From an uncultured Gammaproteobacteria bacterium (GTDB lineage Bacteria; Patescibacteriota; Patescibacteriia; CAZGFX01), in contig CAZGFX010000002.1 of NCBI GenBank assembly GCA_964524845.1, forward strand, positions 157,422 to 221,421: a stretch of 64,000 bases of DNA, in the 5' to 3' direction. This document shows, in pieces, positions 44,701 through 54,557 of this stretch (positions within the stretch are counted from its first letter, which is position 1; each line of letters opens with the position of its first letter). Below the pieces are notes generated by a model, which saw only the letters and a list, made by a program, of their open reading frames with translations, was not told where the DNA came from and ran no database searches. Made by a program: the position numbers and the translations under genes.

Positions 44701-47700
44701 GTACCAGCTTGTTGCAACATAAGCATAGGAGTTGTCTGTGTAGAGTTTTCATACAAGTGAAGATTCGTACTTGGAGTAGCAAAACCAAGTCCTATATTTC
44801 CACTCGAATCAATAACAAACCTATCACTTGTTCCAAGTCCTGTCGTGCTTATTTTAAACTTATCACTATCAGAATCATCTACGCCCATGGTAAATGAATT
44901 CGTTCCTTCAGCAAGTTGAAACCCAATCGCAGTATCATAATCACCTGCATTTGTGTTTACAACAAAAACATTTGTGTTTATAGCAGATGAAGATGCTACA
45001 TCAAGCATTGCATCTGGCGACGTATCACCTATACCCATATATCCATTACTGTTTATACGCATTCTTTCATAAAGATCACCATTAAGTGATGTTTGCAATG
45101 AAAAATAACTGTCTCGTGTCGAAGCGGTATCGTTCCACGCACCCTCAGTCCCAACGATAATTCGCGCCGACCCATCAACTCCTGGATCATCCACGGATCC
45201 TGAAAACCACTGATTAAACAAAACTCCTGTCTGTGTATTAGAAGAAGCTTGTCTTGTGTTCGTTATCTCAATAAAATCTGTAAGACCTCCATCAGTTCCC
45301 GTTTGTTCTATATCAAGAAGTGACGATGGTGGATATAATGGATTAGAAAAAGCTCCTACTCCAACAAGTCCGCCACTTGTTACAGATAAACGACGTGTTC
45401 CTGCTGTCGTGAGATCAATGGTATCTGCTCCAGATGAGTATACACCAGTATTTGTATCTCCAACAAAAGATATTGAAGGATTTCCTACTGCACCCAGAGG
45501 ATGATAAGCGTATCCACTTGAATTAACTTGAAACAAATCCCCACTACCGACTGTGAAGAGTGACGCAGGAGACGAATCTCCTATACCAACATATCCTGCA
45601 TTATCAACACGCATAGCTTCAATCATGCTTCCTGTATTTCTTACATTAAAACGCATCGACGAGACACCAGAATTAACACCCGCACTCTCCCAAACAGTAT
45701 CTATACTTCCGGCTTCAAGTCCCATACCATCATTATCCTCAAGATATGTGACAATTCCAGACCCAAGTCCTGTATTATCCATTGATGGACGAGTTACGTT
45801 CATAGTCAGTGTATCAATCACAGTGGCTGTGGTATTTGCTTTTGACAAATGAAGAATACTAGAAGGAGTATTCGTTCCTATTCCTATATTTCCACTCGAA
45901 TCAATTACAAACCTATCGTTTGTACCAAGCGCTGTTGTAGATATTTTAAACTTATCAGAATCAGAATCATCAATACCCATAGTAAAAGTATTTGTTCCAT
46001 CAGCGAGTTCAAAACCTATTTGAGAATCGTAATTTCCTGCATTCGTATTTGAAATTGTAAACTGAGTATTTGCTGCACCTGATGACATAATTTCAAGAAG
46101 TTGATCTGGTGTTATGTCTCCTACACCAACGTTTCCTCCATAAAGAAGTGTCATAACAGTGTTTGAAAGCGTCTGCCCATTAGTTGTGCCAGAAGAAAAA
46201 GCCAGATCGTTTGTATTCTGTTTGTGTATTGTCCAATCACCATATCCTCCTCCTTGATTATCAAATGTCAACCAGTTATATACACTTGAGTTTGCTTGAT
46301 TACTAGAAATAGTAAACTTACTATAAGATGTTGCCGTAGTACCAACACTTATGTTTCCAGAAGAATTAATCGTCATACGATTTGTTCCTCCTGTAGCAAA
46401 ATCTAGGGCATCTGCTCCTGATGAGTATATACCAGTGTTCGGATCACTGACAAAAGACACCGACGGTGTTCCTACTGCTCCGAGAGGATAAAGCGCATAT
46501 CCACTTGAATTAACCTGAAACAAATCTCCATTTCCGACTGTGAGAAGTGATGCTGGTGTCGCATCACCAATACCAACATTTGCGCTTAATATGTTCACAT
46601 AATCTGTCGCTTGATCATCGAATGCTATTCGTCCGGCAATTGATCCAAGACCCAACCAATCATCGTCTGCATTCGCATCAGAAAAAGCATCACCAGAAGT
46701 CATAGAACCAACAGATGTTACATCACCTGTTCCAGCAGATACCCATGTTAAATTTCCACTTCCATCGTTTCGAAGAACTGTATTTGATGAACCCTGAGAA
46801 CCAGGCCACGAGTATGTTACATTATTAACTTTTACGATGTTTCCGGATGAGTTGACTTGAAACAAATCACCATCTCCAACAGTAAATAAAGACGCTGGCG
46901 TTGCGTCACCAACACCAAGGTTTGCGCTCATTATATTTACATAATCGGTGGCCTGATCATCAAACGCAACTCGTCCAGCACTTGCTCCAAGTCCGAGCCA
47001 ATCATCATCAGCATTCGCATCCATAAAAACATCCCCTCCTGTCATAGAACCGACTGTTGTAATATCTCCTGTTCCTGAACCCGTAACCCATGTGAGTGTT
47101 CCGCTTCCATTATTGCTTAATACAGTACCTGCACCTCCTTGTGCTGACGGCCACGAGTATGTAACATTATTAACTTTTACGAGGTTTCCTGATGAGTTTA
47201 CTTGAAATGTATCTCCGCTACCTACTGTAAGAAGAGATGCTGGTGTCGTCTCTCCAATACCGACGTTCGCACTCAAAATATTTACATAATCGGTAGCCTG
47301 ATCATCAAAAGTAATACGTCCAGCAGCTGCTCCAAGTCCAAGCCAATCATCATCAGCATTCGCATCCATAAAAACATCTCCCGATGTCATAGAACCAACC
47401 GTAGTTATATCACCAGTTCCTGAAACGGTAACCCAGGTAAGATTACCACTTCCATCGTTTCTTAAGTATGTGTTTGATGCTCCCTGAGAAGCTGGCCACG
47501 AATATGAAACATTATTTACTTTTACAAGATTACCGTATGAGTTAACTTGAAATAAGTCTCCGTTTCCAACTGTGAAAAGAGATGTCGGTGAAGAATCTCC
47601 TATACCAATATATCCTTCATAACTAATTCTAAAAGCCTCTGACATTGAGCTGTTATTCATGTGATTAAATATTACAGAGGCTTTTTCTCTTGTTTCACGA

Positions 47701-50700
47701 GGATCCTCCCACACGACATCAATTCCAGCCGCCTGAGACAAACCATCTTGATCGTTTTCCAAATAAAATCCAATGCTGGCACCGAGTCCTTGAGCACCAG
47801 AACTATCATAATTTATTCTCTCTATACGTAACGCCTCCATAATATCAGACGCATCATTCTGAGAAAGAACCGAGAGTGTAGAAGCCGGAGTACTTGTACC
47901 AACACCAAGCCTATTATTTGTATCATCCCAGAATAGATTTGAATTATCTTGAGTGTACACACCACTTCCCCCAGCAAATACAAGTGAGCCCGATGTAAAT
48001 TGAGTACCGGTTCCTGTACCGCCTCTTGTAACATTTAAATATTGTTCTGATGTTAATGAGTTTGTTCCATTCCAATACGCTATATATCCGTTTGTTCCTG
48101 TTCCTGTTGCAACAGTTCCTGATGTTGGAAGCGTAATACTTGTAGCTCCTGATGTTGTAAAAAATAGCGTGTTCCCTGCAGTACCAAGAGGAACAACACC
48201 GGTATTATCTTGAAAAGTTATCGTCTTATCAGATACTGTTGGATCTGTTATAGCAAATGTTGTTTCGTATGTGTTGTCTGTTGCTCCTTCAAAAACCAGA
48301 GGAGAGGCACCTTGAATAACACCTCCGAGAGTCAGTGCATTAGAAGCGTTTCCGATCGATACAGCACCAGTTGATGTCCCTGTGTTTATATTTGTAGTAA
48401 AGTTTGAACTTGCATTTATAGAAGACGTTGCTCCTGACACAGTAAGTCCTCCTGTTCCTTGTATAACTCCTGTTGTTGAGTTAACACCAACAAAAGATGC
48501 TGCACCAGCACCTGAAACAGACCATTGTCCATCTGTAATAACAACATTTGCTGATGCATTTCCTATTGTAACCGTCCCCGTTGATGTACCGGTGTTTATG
48601 TTTGTAGCAAAATTTGAACCATGATTAATATATACAGTGTTTCCTGAAGTTACAAAAGAACCAGTGTTTGTAATACCCCGAACAGAAACTATTGCACCAG
48701 ATGAATTTACTTGAAACAAGTCTCCATTTCCTACAGTAAACAAAGAATCCGGAGATGAATCACCCACACCAACGTTTCCTCCATTAAAAACAGCAGAATA
48801 TGTGTTGTCACGACTATTTGCAGTATCAGTATCAACATATAAACCTGTAATTGTGTTTCTATATCCTCCAAAATCATCGTCTATGTTTATATGCATACCA
48901 TACACGGTGTCCACATAATCCTCGTTTTGTGGATTGTTTGAAATATTTAATTTATATCCATATAGTGTAGCAATATCACTTGGATTCATTGTTACATTAT
49001 GAGAAATACTTGAGGAAGCATCGGTTTGTAGATCTAAAGAGGTCAAACTAAGAACGGGATTTGTTACATCGCTTGACGAAATAGATATTGTATCATCTGT
49101 AATAGATGGCGAAAGGTTTGTTCCTGATCTGGTCCAATATCCCAGCGTTCCTGTTGATGGTGGTGTTGTAGTAAGATACCCTGAAGAATCAGTATATACA
49201 CCACTTTCCGTACCGAGCGAATTAAATAAAATATTTCCTGATGATGCTAAACCAGTGAGACCTGATGCGACACCGGCTGACGACACGTCCCACGATGATG
49301 TGTTTATAGCGAGCGTGTTTGATCCACCACCGATTGATACGGCGCCGGTTGATGTTCCTGTATTTATGTTTGTCGCGAAATTAGAACTTGCGTTCAATGA
49401 TACTGCTCCACCCGAGCTTGTCACTGCTCCAGTGTTTGTAATTCCTTGAACAGATGCTATTGCGCCAGATGAGTTGACTTGAAAAAGATCTCCGTTCCCT
49501 ACTGTGAAAAGAGATGCAGGAGTTGTATCTCCGATACCAATATTTCCTGCAGGAGTGATATTTAAAAATTCGTTCGTTCCTTCTAGAATACGCAAATTAC
49601 CTTCGCTTGACCCATCTGTTTCTTGTATACCGATTTTCCAATCGCGAGCAGTCGTTGTTTCGGCTGCGGTTGAATATACATGAAGCGATGATGGTCCTAA
49701 ATATAAATCTCTCCAACGCAAAGAAGACGATCCGAGATCATAAGAATCATCACTGTTTGGTCCAACTGATCCGGCAACTTGTAATTTAAATGTCGATGGT
49801 GCACTTGTGCCAACACCAACGTTTCCACTACTATTAACATATAAACTATTTACAGATGCGCCATCCTCAATTACAAAAACATTGATACTACCTCCTGTCG
49901 TATCTTGAATTCTAAAATCATCGTTTGCATTCACACCCATTTTCCATTGCCTAGCATCATTAATAAAATCAAAATCAGCAGCTCCATTAAGACCTGTATT
50001 TTCTATTCTTCCTGCAATATAACTTCCGGCCGCTGATCCAGAAACATGCAATCTTTGTTGAGGACTAGCAGTCCCGATCCCAAGCCTATTATTCGTATCA
50101 TCCCAAAAAAGGTTTGTATTATCTTGTGAGTACACTCCGCTTCCTCCAGCAAACACTAGTGATCCTGAAGTAAACTCAGTACCTGTACCGGTACCACCAC
50201 GTCCAACAGAAAGGTATTGTTCTGATGTTAATGAGTTTGTTCCATTCCAATACGCGACGTATCCATTTGTACCAGTTCCTGTTGCCATGGTTCCTGATGT
50301 TGGAAGAGTTATGCTTGTTGCTCCTGATGTTGTAAAAAATAGTGTGTTCCCTGCAGTGCCAAGAGGAACAACACCGGTATTATCTTGAAATGTTATTGTC
50401 TTATCAGATGCAGTGGTATCAGTGATTGAAAATGTAGTCTCATAAGTATCGTCTGTAGCTCCTTCAAACACAAGAGGAGAAGCACCCTGAATAATACCTC
50501 CTAGAGTTAATGCATTAGAAGAGTTTCCAATTGATACAGCTCCTGTTGATGTGCCTGTGTTTATATTTGTCGCAAAATTAGAATTTTCGTTGATAGATGA
50601 CGAGGCACCAGACACAGTAAGTCCTCCTGTTCCTTGTATAAGTCCTGTGGTTGAATTAACACCGACAAACGAAGCTGCACCAGCACCTGAAACAGACCAT

Positions 50701-51989
50701 TGTCCATCTGTAATAGCAACATTTGCTGATGCGTTTCCTATTGTAACGGTACCGGTTGATGTTCCTGTGTTTATATTCGTTGCAAAGTTTGAATTTGCAT
50801 TTAAAGAGATGACCGCACCACTTGCTGTGGTTGTTCCTGTAACAGTAAGGCCGGTTAAGCCTGATGCGACACCGGCTGATGACACATCCCACGATGATGT
50901 ATTTATTGCTAGTGTATTTGAATTTCCACCTATTGATACAGCACCCGTTGATGTTCCTGTATTGATGTTTGTCGCGAAATTAGAACTTGCATTCAGAGAT
51001 GCTATTCCGCCACTGGTTGTAGTTGCTCCCGTAACAGTAAGGCCGGTAAGACCTGATGCGACACCGGCTGACGACACGTCCCACGATGATGTATTTATTG
51101 CTAGTGTATTTGAATTTCCACCGATTGATACGGCGCCGGTTGATGTTCCTGTGTTTATGTTTGTAGCAAAATTAGAACTTGCGTTCAAAGATATTGCTGC
51201 GCCCGAGCTTGTGACTGCTCCAGTGTTTGTAATTCCTGTCATGTATGATGTTCCGTCCACTTCGAGATCATTCTGAATATATAAATCACCAAGTCCATCG
51301 GCGTTGTTTGCTGTACCAGCTGAACCAGTACGGATAAGTCCTCCATCTAGAACCCGAAGAGCGGATGTGCCATTGTCCTGTACATCGAGAATACCTCCTG
51401 TTCCTTGTTGATTGATGACGATCGCTGATCCACTTGATGTATTTACGGTCACAGATGTATTTGCTTGAAATGTGTATGATCCTGTTATTGTTTCGTTTTC
51501 TGATGTGTCTGCAAATTCTTCTTCTGATTTACCATCAAGAGCGTCTGTGTTAAATGCATAAGGAGATGCGGTCATTCTTTTTCTTGGCAAAAAAACTTCT
51601 TCGTACGATCCATTGTTATCAGCATCAAGACGAACCTCGAGATATAAGTTATCAGTATTGAAATCAAGAGAACCAGGAAGAGATGTATGAGTTCCTATAT
51701 CAACTGAGAATATTCCATCAGTAAGTGAAACTTGAGATGTTCCTGAATTCCACGTCTCTGTATAAGCGGCCGATCCTCCTGTGCTAACTGTAAAAAATGC
51801 AAACTGCATATTGTAACTGCTGTTTGCAATATTAATACCATTTGATGCTGTGATCTTGGCTTGATAAGAAAGTTTTTTGTTTATACCTGCGGCACCATAA
51901 ACAATCGGCACCCACGTAAAAAACAAACACGCTAAAACAAGCGCGGTAAGAAGCTTCCTTAAGACTGAAAATCGTATTAAAACAAGCAT
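41751..51989 (-). CDS. Giant (about 3400 aa) secreted G/S/T-rich repeat protein with peptidase S74 chaperone domain
   Basis: Signal-like N-terminus and several repeat families (NxSSNFATNINTGTSTG; GxGDxxPxSLFTVGxGDLFQVNSSG; DANADDDWLGLG). S74 motif TSSRRYKKSI...LRPVSY...GLIAEE near 43780-43530. ATG 51989 preferred over TTG 52025. Confidence 0.88.
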   Translation of the reverse strand: MLVLIRFSVLRKLLTALVLACLFFTWVPIVYGAAGINKKLSYQAKITASNGINIANSSYNMQFAFFTVSTGGSAAYTETWNSGTSQVSLTDGIFSVDIGTHTSLPGSLDFNTDNLYLEVRLDADNNGSYEEVFLPRKRMTASPYAFNTDALDGKSEEEFADTSENETITGSYTFQANTSVTVNTSSGSAIVINQQGTGGILDVQDNGTSALRVLDGGLIRTGSAGTANNADGLGDLYIQNDLEVDGTSYMTGITNTGAVTSSGAAISLNASSNFATNINTGTSTGAVSIGGNSNTLAINTSSWDVSSAGVASGLTGLTVTGATTTSGGIASLNASSNFATNINTGTSTGAVSIGGNSNTLAINTSSWDVSSAGVASGLTGLTVTGTTTASGAVISLNANSNFATNINTGTSTGTVTIGNASANVAITDGQWSVSGAGAASFVGVNSTTGLIQGTGGLTVSGASSSINENSNFATNINTGTSTGAVSIGNSSNALTLGGIIQGASPLVFEGATDDTYETTFSITDTTASDKTITFQDNTGVVPLGTAGNTLFFTTSGATSITLPTSGTMATGTGTNGYVAYWNGTNSLTSEQYLSVGRGGTGTGTEFTSGSLVFAGGSGVYSQDNTNLFWDDTNNRLGIGTASPQQRLHVSGSAAGSYIAGRIENTGLNGAADFDFINDARQWKMGVNANDDFRIQDTTGGSINVFVIEDGASVNSLYVNSSGNVGVGTSAPSTFKLQVAGSVGPNSDDSYDLGSSSLRWRDLYLGPSSLHVYSTAAETTTARDWKIGIQETDGSSEGNLRILEGTNEFLNITPAGNIGIGDTTPASLFTVGNGDLFQVNSSGAIASVQGITNTGAVTSSGGAVSLNASSNFATNINTGTSTGAVSIGGGSNTLAINTSSWDVSSAGVASGLTGLASSGNILFNSLGTESGVYTDSSGYLTTTPPSTGTLGYWTRSGTNLSPSITDDTISISSSDVTNPVLSLTSLDLQTDASSSISHNVTMNPSDIATLYGYKLNISNNPQNEDYVDTVYGMHINIDDDFGGYRNTITGLYVDTDTANSRDNTYSAVFNGGNVGVGDSSPDSLFTVGNGDLFQVNSSGAIVSVRGITNTGSFVTSGNTVYINHGSNFATNINTGTSTGTVTIGNASANVVITDGQWSVSGAGAASFVGVNSTTGVIQGTGGLTVSGATSSINASSNFTTNINTGTSTGAVSIGNASNALTLGGVIQGASPLVFEGATDNTYETTFAITDPTVSDKTITFQDNTGVVPLGTAGNTLFFTTSGATSITLPTSGTVATGTGTNGYIAYWNGTNSLTSEQYLNVTRGGTGTGTQFTSGSLVFAGGSGVYTQDNSNLFWDDTNNRLGVGTSTPASTLSVLSQNDASDIMEALRIERINYDSSGAQGLGASIGFYLENDQDGLSQAAGIDVVWEDPRETREKASVIFNHMNNSSMSEAFRISYEGYIGIGDSSPTSLFTVGNGDLFQVNSYGNLVKVNNVSYSWPASQGASNTYLRNDGSGNLTWVTVSGTGDITTVGSMTSGDVFMDANADDDWLGLGAAAGRITFDDQATDYVNILSANVGIGETTPASLLTVGSGDTFQVNSSGNLVKVNNVTYSWPSAQGGAGTVLSNNGSGTLTWVTGSGTGDITTVGSMTGGDVFMDANADDDWLGLGASAGRVAFDDQATDYVNIMSANLGVGDATPASLFTVGDGDLFQVNSSGNIVKVNNVTYSWPGSQGSSNTVLRNDGSGNLTWVSAGTGDVTSVGSMTSGDAFSDANADDDWLGLGSIAGRIAFDDQATDYVNILSANVGIGDATPASLLTVGNGDLFQVNSSGYALYPLGAVGTPSVSFVSDPNTGIYSSGADALDFATGGTNRMTINSSGNISVGTTATSYSKFTISSNQANSSVYNWLTFDNQGGGYGDWTIHKQNTNDLAFSSGTTNGQTLSNTVMTLLYGGNVGVGDITPDQLLEIMSSGAANTQFTISNTNAGNYDSQIGFELADGTNTFTMGIDDSDSDKFKISTTALGTNDRFVIDSSGNIGIGTNTPSSILHLSKANTTATVIDTLTMNVTRPSMDNTGLGSGIVTYLEDNDGMGLEAGSIDTVWESAGVNSGVSSMRFNVRNTGSMIEAMRVDNAGYVGIGDSSPASLFTVGSGDLFQVNSSGYAYHPLGAVGNPSISFVGDTNTGVYSSGADTIDLTTAGTRRLSVTSGGLVGVGAFSNPLYPPSSLLDIEQTGTDGGLTDFIEITNTRQASSNTQTGVLFNQWFSGSVDDPGVDGSARIIVGTEGAWNDTASTRDSYFSLQTSLNGDLYERMRINSNGYMGIGDTSPDAMLDVASSSAINTNVFVVNTNAGDYDTAIGFQLAEGTNSFTMGVDDSDSDKFKISTTGLGTSDRFVIDSSGNIGLGFATPSTNLHLYENSTQTTPMLMLQQAGTGDPAIGFVSDTSSSSGHYVMGIDSSTSYDDFVIGFNDGSYPPTFDNSYGFFRVMPSDGSVNLSGIYDDSLEMKLGYFEDSYIRYTGYNGTSIRFGLGTNAPSANFHIYENSTETTPMLKIEQMGTGDATLMFKSGDDTVSMGIDTSAPNISKFKMSMSGDGGAWTGTALTVSYSGRELILGDPDDSNITIGSSIDMNRSLFLTSEDPQIAFSDTNVLVYSNSGPNDFNIETNSVNRFSITSDGDAYFYGGRLEADNDFFVNGDSFLGYTEIEGSFYASSTVAFDGLPSSGTAGTAIHINGSNQLFKYTSSRRYKKSITDIETDTSKIFDLRPVSYTPNELPDLPENRTFGLIAEEAAEVLPQLVFFDNQGRPDSVHYEILSVLLLKEMQKTKTNILDPLMNGTLALSLPKISSDGGVIQSDGLGNITTGTIKTNSFSSDNGLITSNGLGTLSVNNLAVTSGISGGTLTIGSFSSDGGLISTNGAGTLTAKNIVVTDTVNVGNGLADSHTESPIALADDTNTKLDGTFTSTSIVGALNELNRQVFDLAKYYQVGDLSIEQGDLVSIDPSDSESVVKATRTSGKSVIGVVTEHPNTTLETTSDDQSSKLVVLVGRVPVKIDINHSADIVTGDYLSSSPDMPGYAIKATGPGFVVGQAMSGWSSGIEPSTNSVIVFVQPQYWIGMATTDELYGLSLVFDDEEVVEGDDDVQVQPSAGDIQGVYIDPSDVQQTPDPNVQNIVEDINPQYNKWSLGDGLQIDVAIMSLTGALVVKEKAVFEKDLVVKGNVEIQGTLVVRDAVTLEKNLELKGGLSVVSKDVAGSVRFSYNQITQHIAFVAPKKNEVLVSLTPKFEDPDTARSWKGRVWVSNQTEEGFDIEMSEPVCDVATEPGCAKFVDVTWLAFEVGTDQINRDTINPNVPIYINNPTPPTDSLAEIIETSEPIPETPASPVIVDQPVSTPVTTTSSGETTPTSETGTDVSMVENQ

Positions 51990-52239
51990 GGTAATTTTTA
52001 CGAAAACCTTTTCAGTTAGCGCCAATTACTACTTAAAGTATAGCATAATTCACTTGTTCTTAACAGGTTTTACACAGATTATTAAACTGATTGTAATAAA
52101 ATATAATAATAAAATAAAAATGGCTCTAATAAGCCATTATTTTCACATTCTTTCTTCTGTTGACCATCTTGTTTGATTCGTTTTGTGTATAAGTTATATT
52201 AAAAATTGAATTATTGATTAATTATGATTATTCCGACTA

Positions 52240-53628
52240 TTATTTTATATATTCTTTATTAAGGATTTCTCGTGTTTTCGGACCGACATAGCCTGTCACT
52301 GAAATTCCTCTTGCACGCTGGAAATCTGCCACGGCATCTACTGTGACTTTTCCATAAATTGCACTTGGATTTGTGTTTGCTGGAAAAAATCCGATTTTTT
52401 GCAAGAATGTTTGAAGTAAACGAACCTCTTCATCGATAGATCCTTCTGTAAGAAACTTAGTAAACACAATTTTTGAATCAGTAGGAACCGGTTTTTGTTC
52501 AAAATTATCTGAAACAGAAGAACTTGTTGGCATTGAATTCTCGACTAGAATTGTATTTAAATCTGATGTAGTTATTCCTAAACTCAAAAACCTCATTATA
52601 GAATAAGCCGCGCTTCCGTCTTTCATGTAATACCTTTTTTGATCAGCTGGATTTATATACCACGCCTCTCCTCTAGATTCTACTTGAAGCAAAATTCTTC
52701 CGCTCAAACGATTAATTAATTTCGTATCATAAATTAAAGATCCACTTCCTATTGGATTTGTGTTTTTTATCAACGCCTCGTCTCCATCACTTATGCCATC
52801 TCCGTCCGTATCTTTCTGAGTAGGCGATGTTTTCAAAGCCTCCTCTAATTTATCAGATAAGCCATCATTATCCGTGTCAGCGTCTTTAAAACGATTTTCT
52901 GTTCCAATAGGTATCTTTGATAAATCAGAATTTGTAATTCCTAATCCGAAATTACGAAGCGCTTCATAAGCCACTGGACCATCTTTTAAATAAAAACGTT
53001 TTTTTGTAACAGGATACACATACCAAGCCTCACCCTTTGATTCTACTTGAAGAAGTATTTTTCCTGATACTCTATCCAACAAACTCCCACTGGTTATATT
53101 TTTATTAACCGAATTCGTGTCAGAAGAACCACCAACAACTAGCGACGGAAGTCCTTTAATAATGTTTGTTCCTTTTCCGTCGTTTGCTAGAATCGCCCCT
53201 GATATAAACTTCCATTCCGCAAATCCCTTCTTTTTTACAGTAAAATTAACAGTCATCACAAGACCCTTGTCTCCTTTAAATCCGGGATTGAATAAAACAC
53301 CTTCAAATTGAATCGCGTTCGTATTTTTTACAACGGGGGTTGTAAGCCAGAGCTGAACGATTGAATCGTTCGTAATAATCGAATCAACAGTAATATAATC
53401 CGATGAAAAAGACATCTCTCCAGAAACCGCGTTAATTGATTCTGAGTCGGAAGACGTTGTTATTTGTAAGGATCCTTTTTCCCCAATTGAATAATCTGAT
53501 TTGTTTGTTGTAATCGAAAAACTAGCAATTCCAATGGCATGTGTTTCCTTTTCGCACTGAAAAAAAAGTGCGCCTACAATAATTGCGACGAGGATGAAAA
53601 AATTAATTGTATAAAAAAATGTTTTCAT
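52240..53628 (-). CDS. Cohesin-domain protein with GxILLQVESxGEAWY repeats and C-terminal peptidoglycan-binding domain
   Basis: INAVSGEMSF...GAILANDGKGTNI (cohesin-like); two GxILLQVESxGEAWY; DTDNDGLSD and DTDGDGISD Ca-binding-like motifs; EVRLLQ.FL...YGKVT.DAVADFQ...GYVGPKTR. Confidence 0.8.
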   Translation of the reverse strand: MKTFFYTINFFILVAIIVGALFFQCEKETHAIGIASFSITTNKSDYSIGEKGSLQITTSSDSESINAVSGEMSFSSDYITVDSIITNDSIVQLWLTTPVVKNTNAIQFEGVLFNPGFKGDKGLVMTVNFTVKKKGFAEWKFISGAILANDGKGTNIIKGLPSLVVGGSSDTNSVNKNITSGSLLDRVSGKILLQVESKGEAWYVYPVTKKRFYLKDGPVAYEALRNFGLGITNSDLSKIPIGTENRFKDADTDNDGLSDKLEEALKTSPTQKDTDGDGISDGDEALIKNTNPIGSGSLIYDTKLINRLSGRILLQVESRGEAWYINPADQKRYYMKDGSAAYSIMRFLSLGITTSDLNTILVENSMPTSSSVSDNFEQKPVPTDSKIVFTKFLTEGSIDEEVRLLQTFLQKIGFFPANTNPSAIYGKVTVDAVADFQRARGISVTGYVGPKTREILNKEYIK

Positions 53629-54554
53629 GATGTTTTTTTGAGCTTGTATTTTAGAATCAGTTTTATAAGCAGACCAAGAAGCAGGATTCCACCAACCAAA
53701 TACCATACGTAATATATTATACTTATAGACTCAAATATGTTTCTTGGAGGAATTGTTATAATTCGCGCATTTCCATAATTATCAACTGCTTTTATTAATA
53801 TGGTGCTTCTTAACCGCTGGTCTGATAGAATAAAAGGACTTTCTGCTTTTTTCCAAACAACAGAATTGTAATCTCCATTAAAATTTTGAATCTCTGCTAT
53901 AAAATATTCTTTTATCCCGCTTTCTTTGTCTTGTGTATGAAAAATCAAAGAATTTTTTCCATCAAAAAGATTTTTATCTTGCCCGATTATAGGAGAAAAT
54001 ATTTCTGGTGGCATCTCGTCTTTTTCTAAATTTTTTGTTTTTATGCCATCATTAGAAACAGGTGCGTCAGTTTTTTTTATGCTTATTTGTATTACTGGTT
54101 TTGAAACAGATAATAAACTTCCAAGACCATCGTTTTTGAGAACAACAACATCTTGAAACAGAGCATTCCACACGCCATTATCAACTGCTTTGCATTTCAA
54201 TTTAAAAATATTTCCATTTGATGATGAATAACCTCCCGGAATAACTCCTGAAAAATCAATTATTCCCTTCTCGTCTATGATTGGTTTTTTTATCCACAAA
54301 GAAACAAAAGAGGTTCCTGTGTTTATACTATTACACGATAAAACCGAAGATTGAATTGATAACCTTCCTTCAATGGCGTTTAATGATTCTTTTTCAGTAT
54401 CTATTAAAACATCAATATCTAATACATCCCCTACTTTTTTATCATTATATATTGGCTCTATAAAAATACGTGCAGCATTTGAAAAAGAAGGAAATAAAAA
54501 AATAGAAAGGACTGCAACAAAAAATAATAATTTATATCTATTTATGATACTCAT
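53625..54554 (-). CDS. Cohesin-domain membrane protein
   Basis: Signal peptide; LNAIEGRL...FSGVIPGGY...LKNDGLGS; DKESGIKEY, KAVDNYGN; C-terminal TM. Confidence 0.78.
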   Translation of the reverse strand: MSIINRYKLLFFVAVLSIFLFPSFSNAARIFIEPIYNDKKVGDVLDIDVLIDTEKESLNAIEGRLSIQSSVLSCNSINTGTSFVSLWIKKPIIDEKGIIDFSGVIPGGYSSSNGNIFKLKCKAVDNGVWNALFQDVVVLKNDGLGSLLSVSKPVIQISIKKTDAPVSNDGIKTKNLEKDEMPPEIFSPIIGQDKNLFDGKNSLIFHTQDKESGIKEYFIAEIQNFNGDYNSVVWKKAESPFILSDQRLRSTILIKAVDNYGNARIITIPPRNIFESISIIYYVWYLVGGILLLGLLIKLILKYKLKKTS

Positions 54555-54557
54555 ATA

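Noticed and set aside
50551-51276. 241-aa + strand ORF and other antisense ORFs inside long genes
   Set aside because: Shadow ORFs mirroring the repeats and codon bias of the - strand genes.
41751-51989. Prophage or DGR suggested by the S74 domain and near-identical repeats
   Set aside because: No capsid, terminase, integrase or reverse transcriptase in the window; the repeats are in-frame intragenic copies and the differences I inspected are not adenine-specific.
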